Assembly (NCBI GenBank): GCA_032718475.1
Contig: JAUCBJ010002273.1
Coordinates: 97,779 to 161,778 of the forward strand
Length of the DNA: 64,000 bases
From: Nemertoderma westbladi
Taxonomy: Eukaryota; Animalia; Xenacoelomorpha
Direction of reading: 5' to 3'
Shown: positions 15,001 through 28,377 of the stretch, piece after piece
Numbering within the stretch: position 1 is the stretch's first letter
Layout: each line of letters starts with the position of its first letter
The notes under the pieces: generated by a model
The model's input: only the letters and a program-made list of their open reading frames with translations
Database searches by the model: none
What the model was told of the DNA's origin: nothing
Made by a program: the position numbers and the translations under genes

Positions 15001-18000
15001 TGTATCTATAGTACCGTTATACTATACCTGCACTCTCTACTGTATCTATAGTACCCTTATACTATACCTGCACTCTCTACTGTATCTATAGTACCCTTAT
15101 ACTATACCTGCACTCTCTACTGTATCTATAGTACCCTTATACTATACCTGCACTCTCTACTGTATCTATAGTACCCTTATACTATACCTGCACTCTCTAC
15201 TGTATCTATAGTACCCTTATACTATACCTGCACTCTCTACTGTATCTATAGTACCCTTATACTATACCTGCACTCTCTACTGTATCTATAGTACCCTTAT
15301 ACTATACCTGCACTCTCTACTGTATCTATAGTACCCTTATACTATACCTGCACTCTCTACTGTATCTATAGTACCCTTATACTATACCTGCACTCTCTAC
15401 TCCATCTATAGTACCCTTATACTATACCTGCACTCTCTACTGTATCTATAGTACCCTTATACTATACCTGCACTCTCTACTGTATCTATAGTACCCTTAT
15501 ACTATACCTGCACTCTCTACTGTATCTATAGTACCCTTATACTATACCTGCACTCTCTACTCTATAGTACCCTTATACTATACCTGCACTCTCTACTGTA
15601 TCTATAGTACCGTTATACTATACCTGCACTCTCTACTGTATCTATAGTACCCTTATACTATACCTGCACTCTCTACTGTATCTATAGTACCCTTATACTA
15701 TACCTGCACTCTCTACTGTATCTATAGTACCCTTATACTATACCTGCACTCTCTACTGTATCTATAGTACCCTTATACTATACCTGCACTCTCTACTCTA
15801 TAGTACCCTTATACTATACCTGCACTCTCTACTGTATCTATAGTACCGTTATACTATACCTGCACTCCCTACTGTATCTATAGTACCCTTATACTATACC
15901 TGCACTCTCTACTGTATCTATAGTACCCTTATACTATACCTGCACTCTCTACTCCATCTATAGTACCCTTATACTATACCTGCACTCTCTACTGTATCTA
16001 TAGTACCCTTATACTATACCTGCACTCTCTACTGTATCTATAGTACCCTTATACTATACCTGCACTCTCTACTGTATCTATAGTACCCTTATACTATACC
16101 TGCACTCTCTACTGTATCTATAGTACCCTTATACTATACCTGCACTCTCTACTGTATCTATAGTACCGTTATACTATACCTGCACTCTCTACTGTATCTA
16201 TAGTACCCTTATACTATACCTGCACTCCCTACTGTATCTATAGTACCCTTATACTATACCTGCACTCTCTACTGTATCTATAGTACCCTTATACTATACC
16301 TGCACTCTCTACTGTATCTATAGTACCCTTATACTATACCTGCACTCTCTACTCCATCTATAGTACCCTTATACTATACCTGCACTCTCTACTGTATCTA
16401 TAGTACCCTTATACTATACCTGCACTCTCTACTGTATCTATAGTACCCTTATACTATACCTGCACTCTCTACTGTATCTATAGTACACTTATACTATACC
16501 TGCACTCTCTACTGTATCTATAGTACCCTTATACTATACCTGCACTCTACTGTATCTATAGTACCCTTATACTATACCTGCACTCTCTACTGTATCTATA
16601 GTACCGTTATACTATACCTGCACTCTCTACTGTATCTATAGTACCCTTATACTATACCTGCACTCTCTACTCCATCTATAGTACCCTTATACTATACCTG
16701 CACTCTCTACTCCATCTATAGTACCCTTATACTATACCTGCACTCTCTACTCCATCTATAGTACCCTTATACTATACCTGCACTCTCTACTGTATCTATA
16801 GTACCCTTATACTATACCTGCACTCTCTACTGTATCTATAGTACCCTTATACTATACCTGCACTCTCTACTCCATCTATAGTACCCTTATACTATACCTG
16901 CACTCTCTACTGTATCTATAGTACCCTTATACTATACCTGCACTCTCTACTTATCTATAGTACCCTTATACTATACCTGCACTCTCTACTGTATCTATAG
17001 TACCCTTATACTATACCTGCACTCTCTACTGTATCTATAGTACCCTTATACTATACCTGCACTCCCTACTGTATCTATAGTACCCTTATACTATACCTGC
17101 ACTCTCTACTCCATCTATAGTACCCTTATACTATACCTGCACTCTCTACTGTATCTATAGTACCCTTATACTATACCTGCACTCTCTACTGTATCTATAG
17201 TACCCTTATACTATACCTGCACTCTCTACTGTCATCTATAAGTACCCTTATACTATACCTGCACTCTCTACTGTATCTATAGTACCCTTATACTATACCT
17301 GCACTCTCTACTGTATCTATAGTACCCTTATACTATACCTGCACTCTCTACTGTATCTATAGTACCCTTATACTATACCTGCACTCTCTACTGTATCTAT
17401 AGTACCCTTATACTATACCTGCACTCTCTACTGTATCTATAGTACCCTTATACTATACCTGCACTCTCTACTGTATCTATAGTACCCTTATACTATACCT
17501 GCACTCTCTACTGTATCTATAGTACCCTTATACTATACCTGCACTCTCTACTGTATCTATAGTACCCTTATACTATACCTGCACTCTCTACTGTATCTAT
17601 AGTATCCTTATACTATACCTGCACTCTCTACTGTATCTATAGTACCCTTATACTATACCTGCACTCTCTACTGTATCTATAGTACCCTTATACTATACCT
17701 GCACTCTCTACTGTATCTATAGTACCCTTATACTATACCTGCACTCTCTACTGTATCTATAGTACCCTTATACTATACCTGCACTCTCTACTGTATCTAT
17801 AGTACCCTTATACTATACCTGCACTCTCTACTCCATCTATAGTACCCTTATACTATACCTGCACTCTCTACTGTATCTATAGTACCCTTATACTATACCT
17901 GCACTCTCTACTGTATCTATAGTACCCTTATACTATACCTGCACTCTCTACTGTATCTATAGTACCCTTATACTATACCTGCACTCTCTACTGTATCTAT

Positions 18001-21000
18001 AGTACCCTTATACTATACCTGCACTCTCTACTGTATCTATAGTACCCTTATACTATACCTGCACTCTCTACTGTATCTATAGTACCCTTATACTATACCT
18101 GCACTCTCTACTGTATCTATAGTACCCTTATACTATACCTGCACTCTCTACTGTATCTATAGTACCCTTATACTATACCTGCACTCTCTACTGTATCTAT
18201 AGTACCCTTATACTATACCTGCACTCTCTACTGTATCTATAGTACCCTTATACTATACCTGCACTCTCTACTGTATCTATAGTACCCTTATACTATACCT
18301 GCACTCTCTACTGTATCTATAGTACCCTTATACTATACCTGCACTCTCTACTGTATCTATAGTACCCTTATACTATACCTGCACTCTCTACTTCCATCTA
18401 TAGTACCCTTATACTATACCTGCACTCTCTACTCCATCTATAGTACCCTTATACTATACCTGCACTCTCTACTGTATCTATAGTACCCTTATACTATACC
18501 TGCACTCTCTACTGTATCTATAGTACCCGTATACTATACCTGCACTCTCTACTGTATCTATAGTACCCGTATACTATACCTGCACTCTCTACTGTATCTA
18601 TAGTACCCTTATACTATACCTGCACTCTCTACTGTCATCTATAGTACCCTTATACTATACCTACACTCTCTACTCTCATCTATAGTACCCTTATACTATA
18701 CCTGCACTCTCTACTGTATCTATAGTACCCTTATACTATACCTGCACTCTCTACTGTATCTATAGTACCCTTATACTATACCTGCACTCTCTACTGTATC
18801 TATAGTACCCTTATACTATACCTGCACTCTCTACTGTATCTATAGTACCCTTATACTATACCTGCACTCTCTACTGTAACTATAGTACCCGTATACTATA
18901 CCTGCACTCTCTACTGTAACTATAGTACCCTTATACTATACCTGCACTCTCTACTGTATCTATAGTACCCTTATACTATACCTGCACTCTCTACTGTATC
19001 TATAGTACCCTTATACCTATAGTACCCTTATACTATACCTGCACTCTCTACTGTATCTATAGTACCCTTATACTATACCTGCACTCTCTACTGTATCTAT
19101 AGTACCCTTATACTATACCTGCACTCTCTACTGTATCTATAGTACCCTTATACTATACCTGCACTCTCTACTGTATCTATAGTACCCTTATACTATACCT
19201 GCACTCTCTACTGTATCTATAGTACCCTTATACTATACCTGCACTCTCTACTGTATCTATAGTACCCTTATACTATACCTGCACTCTCTACTGTATCTAT
19301 AGTACCCTTATACTATACCTGCACTCTCTACTGTATCTATAGTACCCTTATACTATACCTGCACTCTCTACTGTATCTATAGTACCCTTATACTATACCT
19401 GCACTCTCTACTGTATCTATAGTACCCTTATACTATACCTGCACTCTCTACTGTCATCTATAGTACCCTTATACTATACCTGCACTCTCTACTGTATCTA
19501 TAGTACCCTTATACTATACCTGCACTCTCTACTGTATCTATAGTACCCTTATACTATACCTGCACTCTCTACTGTATCTATAGTACCGTTATACTATACC
19601 TGCACTCTCTACTGTATCTATAGTACCCTTATACTATACCTGCACTCTCTACTGTATCTATAGTACCCTTATACTATACCTGCACTCTCTACTGTATCTA
19701 TAGTACCCTTATACTATACCTGCACTCTCTACTCCATCTATAGTACCCTTATACTATACCTGCACTCTCTACTGTATCTATAGTACCCTTATACTATACC
19801 TGCACTCTCTACTGTATCTATAGTACCCTTATACTATACCTGCACTCTCTACTGTATCTATAGTACCCTTATACTATACCTGCACTCTCTACTGTATCTA
19901 TAGTACCCTTATACTATACCTGCACTCTCTACTGTATCTATAGTACCCTTATACTATACCTGCACTCTCTACTTCCATCTATAGTACCCTTATACTATAC
20001 CTGCACTCTCTACTGTATCTATAGTACCCTTATACTATACCTGCACTCTCTACTGTATCTATAGTACCCTTATACTATACCTGCACTCTCTACTGTATCT
20101 ATAGTACCCTTATACTATACCTGCACTCTCTACTGTATCTATAGTACCCTTATACTATACCTGCACTCTCTACTATCTATAGTACCCTTATACTATACCT
20201 GCACTCTCTACTGTATCTATAGTACCCTTATACTATACCTGCACTCTCTACTGTATCTATAGTACCCTTATACTATACCTGCACTCTCTACTGTATCTAT
20301 AGTACCCTTATACTATACCTGCACTCTCTACTCCATCTATAGTACCCTTATACTATACCTGCATTCTCTACTCCATCTATAGTACCCTTATACTATACCT
20401 GCATTCTCTACTCCATCTATAGTACCCTTATACTATACCTGCATTCTCTACTGTATCTATAGTACCCTTATACTATACCTACACTCTCTACTGTATCTAT
20501 AGTACCCTTATACTATACCTGCACTCTCTACTGTATCTATAGTACCCTTATACTATACCTGCACTCTCTACTGTATCTATAGTACCCTTATACTATACCT
20601 GCTCTCTCTACTGTATCTATAGTACCCTTATACTATACCTGCACTCTCTACTCCATCTATAGTACCCTTATACTATACCTGCACTCTCTACTGTATCTAT
20701 AGTACCCTTATACTATACCTGCACTCTCTACTGTATCTATAGTACCCTTATACTATACCTGCACTCTCTACTGTATCTATAGTACCCTTATACTATACCT
20801 GCACTCTCTACTGTATCTATAGTACCCTTATACTATACCTGCACTCTCTACTGTATCTATAGTACCCTTATACTATACCTGCACTCTCTACTGTATCTAT
20901 AGTACCCTTATACTATACCTGCACTCTCTACTGTATCTATAGTACCCTTATACTATACCTGCACTCTCTACTGTATCTATAGTACCCTTATACTATACCT

Positions 21001-24000
21001 GCACTCTCTACTGTATCTATAGTACCCTTATACTATACCTGCACTCTCTACTGTATCTATAGTACCCTTATACTATACCTGCACTCTCTACTGTATCTAT
21101 AGTACCCTTATACTATACCTGCACTCTCTACTGTATCTATAGTACCCTTATACTATACCTGCACTCTCTACTGTATCTATAGTACCCTTATACTATACCT
21201 GCACTCTCTACTGTATCTATAGTACCCTTATACTATACCTGCACTCTCTACTGTATCTATAGTACCCTTATACTATACCTGCACTCTCTACTGTATCTAT
21301 AGTACCCTTATACTATACCTGCACTCTCTACTGTATCTATAGTACCCTTATACTATACCTGCACTCTCTACTGTATCTATAGTACCCTTATACTATACCT
21401 GCACTCTCTACTGTATCTATAGTACCCTTATACTATACCTGCACTCTCTACTGTATCTATAGTACCCTTATACTATACCTGCACTCTCTACTGTATCTAT
21501 AGTACCCTTATACTATACCTGCACTCTCTACTGTATCTATAGTACCCTTATACTATACCTGCACTCTCTACTTATCTATAGTACCCTTATACTATACCTG
21601 CACTCTCTACTGTATCTATAGTACCCTTATACTATACCTGCACTCTCTACTGTATCTATAGTACCCTTATACTATACCTGCACTCTCTACTGTATCTATA
21701 GTACCCTTATACTATACCTGCACTCTCTACTGTATCTATAGTACCCTTATACTATACCTGCACTCTCTACTGTATCTATAGTACCCTTATACTATACCTG
21801 CACTCTCTACTGTATCTATAGTACCCTTATACTATACCTGCACTCTCTACTGTATCTATAGTACCCTTATACTATACCTGCACTCTCTACTGTATCTATA
21901 GTACCCTTATACTATACCTGCACTCTCTACTGTATCTATAGTACCCTTATACTATACCTGCACTCTCTACTGTATCTATAGTACCCTTATACTATACCTG
22001 CACTCTCTACTGTATCTATAGTACCCTTATACTATACCTGCACTCTCTACTCCATCTATAGTACCCTTATACTATACCTGCACTCTCTACTGTATCTATA
22101 GTACCCTTATACTATACCTGCACTCTCTACTGTATCTATAGTACCCTTATACTATACCTGCACTCTCTACTGTATCTATAGTACCCTTATACTATACCTG
22201 CTCTCTCTACTGTATCTATAGTACCCTTATACTATACCTGCACTCTCTACTCCATCTATAGTACCCTTATACTATACCTGCACTCTCTACTGTATCTATA
22301 GTACCCTTATACTATACCTGCACTCTCTACTGTATCTATAGTACCCTTATACTATACCTGCACTCTCTACTCCATCTATAGTACCCTTATACTATACCTG
22401 CACTCTCTACTGTATCTATAGTACCCTTATACTATACCTGCACTCTCTACTCCATCTATAGTACCCTTATACTATACCTGCACTCTCTACTGTATCTATA
22501 GTACCCTTATACTATACCTGCACTCTCTACTGTATCTATAGTACCCTTATACTATACCTGCACTCTCTACTGTATCTATAGTACCCTTATACTATACCTG
22601 CACTCTCTACTGTAACTATAGTACCCTTATACTATACCTGCACTCTCTATTCCATCTATAGTACCCTTATACTATACCTGCACTCTCTACTGTATCTATA
22701 GTACCCTTATACTATACCTGCACTCTCTACTCCATCTATAGTACCCTTATACTATACCTGCACTCTCTACTGTATCTATAGTACCCTTATACTATACCTG
22801 CACTCTCTACTGTATCTATAGTACCCTTATACTATACCTGCACTCTCTACTATCTATAGTACCCTTATACTATACCTGCATTCTCTACTCCATCTATAGT
22901 ACCCTTATACTATACCTACACTCTCTACTGTATCTATAGTACCCTTATACTATACCTGCACTCTCTACTGTAACTATAGTACCCTTATACTATACCTGCA
23001 CTCTCTATTCCATCTATAGTACCCTTATACTATACCTGCATTCTCTACTCCATCTATAGTACCCTTATACTATACCTGCTCTCTCTACTCCATCTATAGT
23101 ACCCTTATACTATACCTGCACTCTCTACTGTATCTATAGTACCCTTATACTATACCTGCACTCTCTACTGTATCTATAGTACCCTTATACTATACCTGCA
23201 CTCTCTACTATCTATAGTACCCTTATACTATACCTGCATTCTCTACTCCATCTATAGTACCCTTATACTATACCTACACTCTCTACTGTATCTATAGTAC
23301 CCTTATACTATACCTGCACTCTCTACTGTATCTATAGTACCCTTATACTATACCTGCACTCTCTACTGTATCTATAGTACACTTATACTATACCTGCACT
23401 CTCTACTGTATCTATAGTACCCTTATACTATACCTGCACTCTCTACTCCATCTATAGTACCCTTATACTATACCTGCACTCTCTACTGTAACTATAGTAC
23501 CCTTATACTATACCTGCACTCTCTATTCCATCTATAGTACCCTTATACTATACCTGCACTCTCTACTGTATCTATAGTACCCTTATACTATACCTGCACT
23601 CTCTACTGTATCTATAGTACCCTTATACTATACCTGCACTCTCTACTGTATCTATAGTACCCTTATACTATACCTGCACTCTCTACTCCATCTATAGTAC
23701 CCTTATACTATACCTGCACTCTCTACTGTAACTATAGTACCCTTATACTATACCTGCACTCTCTATTCCATCTATAGTACCCTTATACTATACCTGCACT
23801 CTCTACTGTATCTATAGTACCCTTATAATATACCTGCACTCTCTACTGTATCTATAGTACCCTTATACTATACCTGCACTCTCTACTCCATCTATAGTAC
23901 CCTTATACTATACCTGCACTCTCTACTGTATCTATAGTACCCTTATACTATACCTGCACTCTCTACTGTATCTATAGTACCCTTATACTATACCTGCACT

Positions 24001-26770
24001 CTCTACTGTATCTATAGTACCCTTATACTATACCTGCACTCTCTACTGTATCTATAGTACCCTTATACTATACCTGCACTCTCTACTCCATCTATAGTAC
24101 CCTTATACTATACCTGCACTCTCTACTGTATCTATAGTACCCTTATAATATACCTGCACTCTCTACTGTAACTATAGTACCCTTATACTATACCTGCACT
24201 CTCTACTGTATCTATAGTACCCTTATACTATACCTGCACTCTCTATTCCATCTATAGTACCGTTATACTATACCTGCACTCTCTATTCCATCTATAGTAC
24301 CCTTATAATATACCTGCACTCTCTACTCCATCTATAGTACCCTTATACTATACCTGCACTCTCTACTGTATCTATAGTACCCTTATACTATACCTGCACT
24401 CTCTACTGTATCTATAGTACCCTTATACTATACCTGCACTCTCTATTCCATCTATAGTACCGTTATACTATACCTGCACTCTCTATTCCATCTATAGTAC
24501 CCTTATAATATACCTGCACTCTCTACTCCATCTATAGTACCCTTATACTATACCTGCACTCTCTACTGTATCTATAGTACCCTTATAATATACCTGCACT
24601 CTCTACTGTATCTATAGTACCCTTATACTATACCTGCACTCTCTACTGTATCTATGGTACCCTTATACTATACCTGCACTCTCTACTCCATCTATAGTAC
24701 CCTTATACTATACCTGCACTCTCTACTGTATCTATAGTACCCTTATAATATACCTGCACTCTCTACTGTATCTATAGTACCCTTATACTATACCTGCACT
24801 CTCTACTGTATCTATAGTACCCTTATACTATACCTGCACTCTCTATTCCATCTATAGTACCGTTATACTATACCTGCACTCTCTATTCCATCTATAGTAC
24901 CCTTATAATATACCTGCACTCTCTACTCCATCTATAGTACCCTTATAATATACCTGCACTCTCTACTGTATCTATAGTACCCTTATACTATACCTGCACT
25001 CTCTACTGTATCTATAGTACCCTTATACTATACCTGCACTCTCTATTCCATCTATAGTACCCTTATAATATACCTGCACTCTCTACTGTATCTATAGTAC
25101 CCTTATACTATACCTGCACTCTCTACTGTATCTATAGTACCGTTATACTATACCTGCACTCTCTATTCCATCTATAGTACCCTTATAATATACCTGCACT
25201 CTCTACTGTATCTATAGTACCCTTATACTATACCTGCACTCTCTACTGTATCTATAGTACCCTTATACTATACCTGCACTCTCTATTCCATCTATAGTAC
25301 CGTTATACTATACCTGCACTCTCTATTCCATCTATAGTACCCTTATACTATACCTGCACTCTCTACTGTATCTATAGTACCCTTATACTATACCTGCACT
25401 CTCTATTCCATCTATAGTACCCTTATACTATACCTGCACTCTCTACTGTATCTATAGTACCCTTATACTATACCTGCACTCTCTACTGTATCTATAGTAC
25501 CCTTATACTATACCTGCACTCTCTACTGTATCTATAGTACCCTTATACTATACCTGCACTCTCTATTCCATCTATAGTACCCTTATACTATACCTGCACT
25601 CTCTACTGTATCTATAGTACCCTTATACTATACCTGCACTCTCTACTCCATCTATAGTACCCTTATACTATACCTGCACTCTCTACTGTATCTATAGTAC
25701 CCTTATACTATACCTGCACTCTACTGTATCTATAGTACCGTTATACTATACCTGCACTCTCTACTGTATCTATAGTACCGTTATACTATACCTGCACTCT
25801 CTATTCCATCTATAGTACCCTTATAATATACCTGCACTCTCTACTCCATCTATAGTACCCTTATACTATACCTGCACTCTCTACTGTATCTATAGTACCC
25901 TTATACTATACCTGCACTCTCTATTCCATCTATAGTACCCTTATACTATACCTGCACTCTCTACTGTATCTATAGTAACGTTATACTATACCTGCACTCT
26001 CTATTCCATCTATAGTACCGTTATACTATACCTGCACTCTCTATTCCATCTATAGTACCCTTATAATATACCTGCACTCTCTACTCCATCTATAGTACCC
26101 TTATACTATACCTGCACTCTCTACTGTATCTATAGTACCCTTATACTATACCTGCACTCTCTACTGTATCTATAGTACCCTTATAATATACCTGCACTCT
26201 CTACTGTATCTATAGTACCCTTATACTATACCTGCACTCTCTATTCCATCTATAGTACCCTTATACTATACCTGCACTCTCTACTGTATCTATAGTAACG
26301 TTATACTATACCTGCACTCTCTACTGTATCTATAGTACCCTTATACTATACCTGCACTCTCTACTGTATCTATAGTACCCTTATACTATACCTGCACTCT
26401 CTACTGTATCTATAGTACCCTTATACTATACCTGCACTCTCTACTCCATCTATAGCACCCTTATACTATACCTGCACTCTCTACTGTATCTATAGTACCC
26501 TTATACTATACCTGCACTCTCTACTGTATCTATAGTACCCTTATACTATACCTGCACTCTCTACTGTATCTATAGTACCCTTATACTATACCTGCACTCT
26601 CTACTGTATCTATAGTACCCTTATACTATACCTGCACTCTCTACTCCATCTATAGCACCCTTATACTATACCTGCACTCTCTACTGTATCTATAGTACCC
26701 TTATACTATACCTGCACTCTCTACTGTATCTATAGTACCCTTACACTATACCTGCTATCTACCGTATTTA
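1..26770. repeat. 40-bp tandem satellite, about 670 copies, open at the left window edge
   Basis: Unit ACCTGCACTCTCTACTGTATCTATAGTACCCTTATACTAT repeated head-to-tail. The main variant is ACTCCATC for ACTGTATC. The array decays at about 26745-26770. No ORFs in the track. Confidence 0.99.
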
Positions 26771-26879
26771 TTTACCTTTGCTGCAAATCTCTTGCAAATA
26801 TCGACATGAACATCCCAGAACAAATTAAGTAAATGATAGTCAATTGGAGTGCCGAAGTCATAATTCCAGGAAAATGCTT

Positions 26880-27263
26880 TTAAACCTATGGATGTTTTAT
26901 AGGATAAGGTAATTATTAATCTATGAAAAAAACATGTTTGAAATTTCTAAATTAATTTATATGAATTCCATCTAATTGCAAACACCAAGAAACCGGTGTA
27001 AATCAAAAATAGAGATGTTTCAAATCATATTTCATGCTATGTAATTTTCAAAAACGTCTCAAAAAAGTGCCAAAAGTAGGGTTGAAAAATGGTGCTATAA
27101 TAAGAAAACTTCCCAATATTTTGAAAACCGTTTTCACTATTAGGAAGACAGTAGATTTTTAGGAAAAGTCATAAAATTTCAGATTCCCAACTGCGTTTGT
27201 TTCTGAATTATAACAAAAAAACCACGGGGGGTTATATTGACCCCACGGGTTTAATAGGGTTAA
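26880..27263. mobile_element. Possible right end of a non-autonomous piggyBac-like element
   Basis: Ends ...GGGGGGTTATATTGACCCCACGGGTTTAATAGGG-TTAA, i.e. an AGGG terminus plus TTAA, as in piggyBac. No left end was found, so the start is approximate. Confidence 0.35.
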
Positions 27264-27727
27264 GCAGCAGCTTGGCGGGTCGTATCTAGTAGGTCATGGA
27301 TTATCTATATCAGCTGAACTAGCTCTAACTTATTGAGTTTGCCTACAATAGTATTCTCCTAGAGATTAGCTGTTAATTTCGCTTTACTTTTCCAAGTACT
27401 TTATACTTACAAACTTACCTCAATAATGATTAAAATATCTCACTGAATTTTTACAGACTTTAAGAAATTTCTATGTACCAGCACACTCTATAATGATATA
27501 CTGTAGAGATAAACATTCACTACTTTGATTTAATCCAATCTGATACTTTGACTGAACTGCCCGACATAATATATTTTATTCACCTACTGTAGACATATAG
27601 ACTCATGACTATTTTGCACATCTGTCACATCTCAGTCTGTATGAGTCATAGCCAACAACTACTTTGTTCATATTCACATGGTGTGCCTCAATAAAATTCT
27701 AATTATGTTATAATATAAATTTTACGG

Positions 27728-27790
27728 CGCAAGTATATGAGCTAATGTTGATCTACTTGGTCGAAATCCGTTATGGATAGTTACGCCGTT
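27728..27790 (-). mobile_element. Short diverged relic of RTE reverse transcriptase sequence
   Basis: GCAAGTATATGAGCTAATGTTGATCTACTTGGTCGAAATCCGTT aligns with 36293-36336 of the RTE ORF (QNGFRPSRSTIAQILA region). Confidence 0.7.
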
Positions 27791-27806
27791 AGGCCTTATG
27801 CCGCAA

Positions 27807-28377
27807 CCTAACTAAAATTATGTCCTCTTTCAGATGAGACAAATAAAAATGTAATAGCTCCAGTTGTTTTCGAGATATGAGATGTTCCTGGCACCCATCC
27901 ATACAATTTCAGAACTTTCGGAATTGATTGTAACGATTTGTATCGTGATCAGCGACCTTGAAAAACAGTGTAGCATCAGAAATATCAAACCTAAGGCAAA
28001 ATTTTCATGACAGTTTCGAATTTTTTTTGCTACTTGTACGTTTCGTTGTGGAGGACCAAAATAGCACAAAAAATGATGACCTTATGCGACCATTGGTGAC
28101 TGATGGAATATAGTTATACTACATCGTCTATTCAATACGTTATCCCCAACGTAGTTGAGATGACAACAACCGTTGGCAATAATTATTATACCATCTTAAA
28201 ACTTCAATCCTTTTCAATCCAATTCTCGGACGCCCACCAGTCGCACAAACAAATCCCCGACCGAATTTACCACAGTAGGACAGGACCCCTGATTCTTGGC
28301 TGATGTGATAAACGAGAGCAGGGTGAGTTAACCACGTGGTAGTTGACGGAATCGAATCAGTTAGTTGTGCGGACAGA
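27807..28377. repeat. Unique ~570-bp head of a duplicated block (copy A; copy B at 57860-58433)
   Basis: Near-identical sequence starting CCTAACTAAAATTATGTCCTCTTTCAG at both sites, with only a few substitutions and indels. Confidence 0.95.

Noticed and set aside
1-26770. Repeat arrays (40, 37, 35 and 88 bp) as CRISPR arrays
   Set aside because: Head-to-tail units with no unique spacers, no cas genes, and a eukaryotic context.
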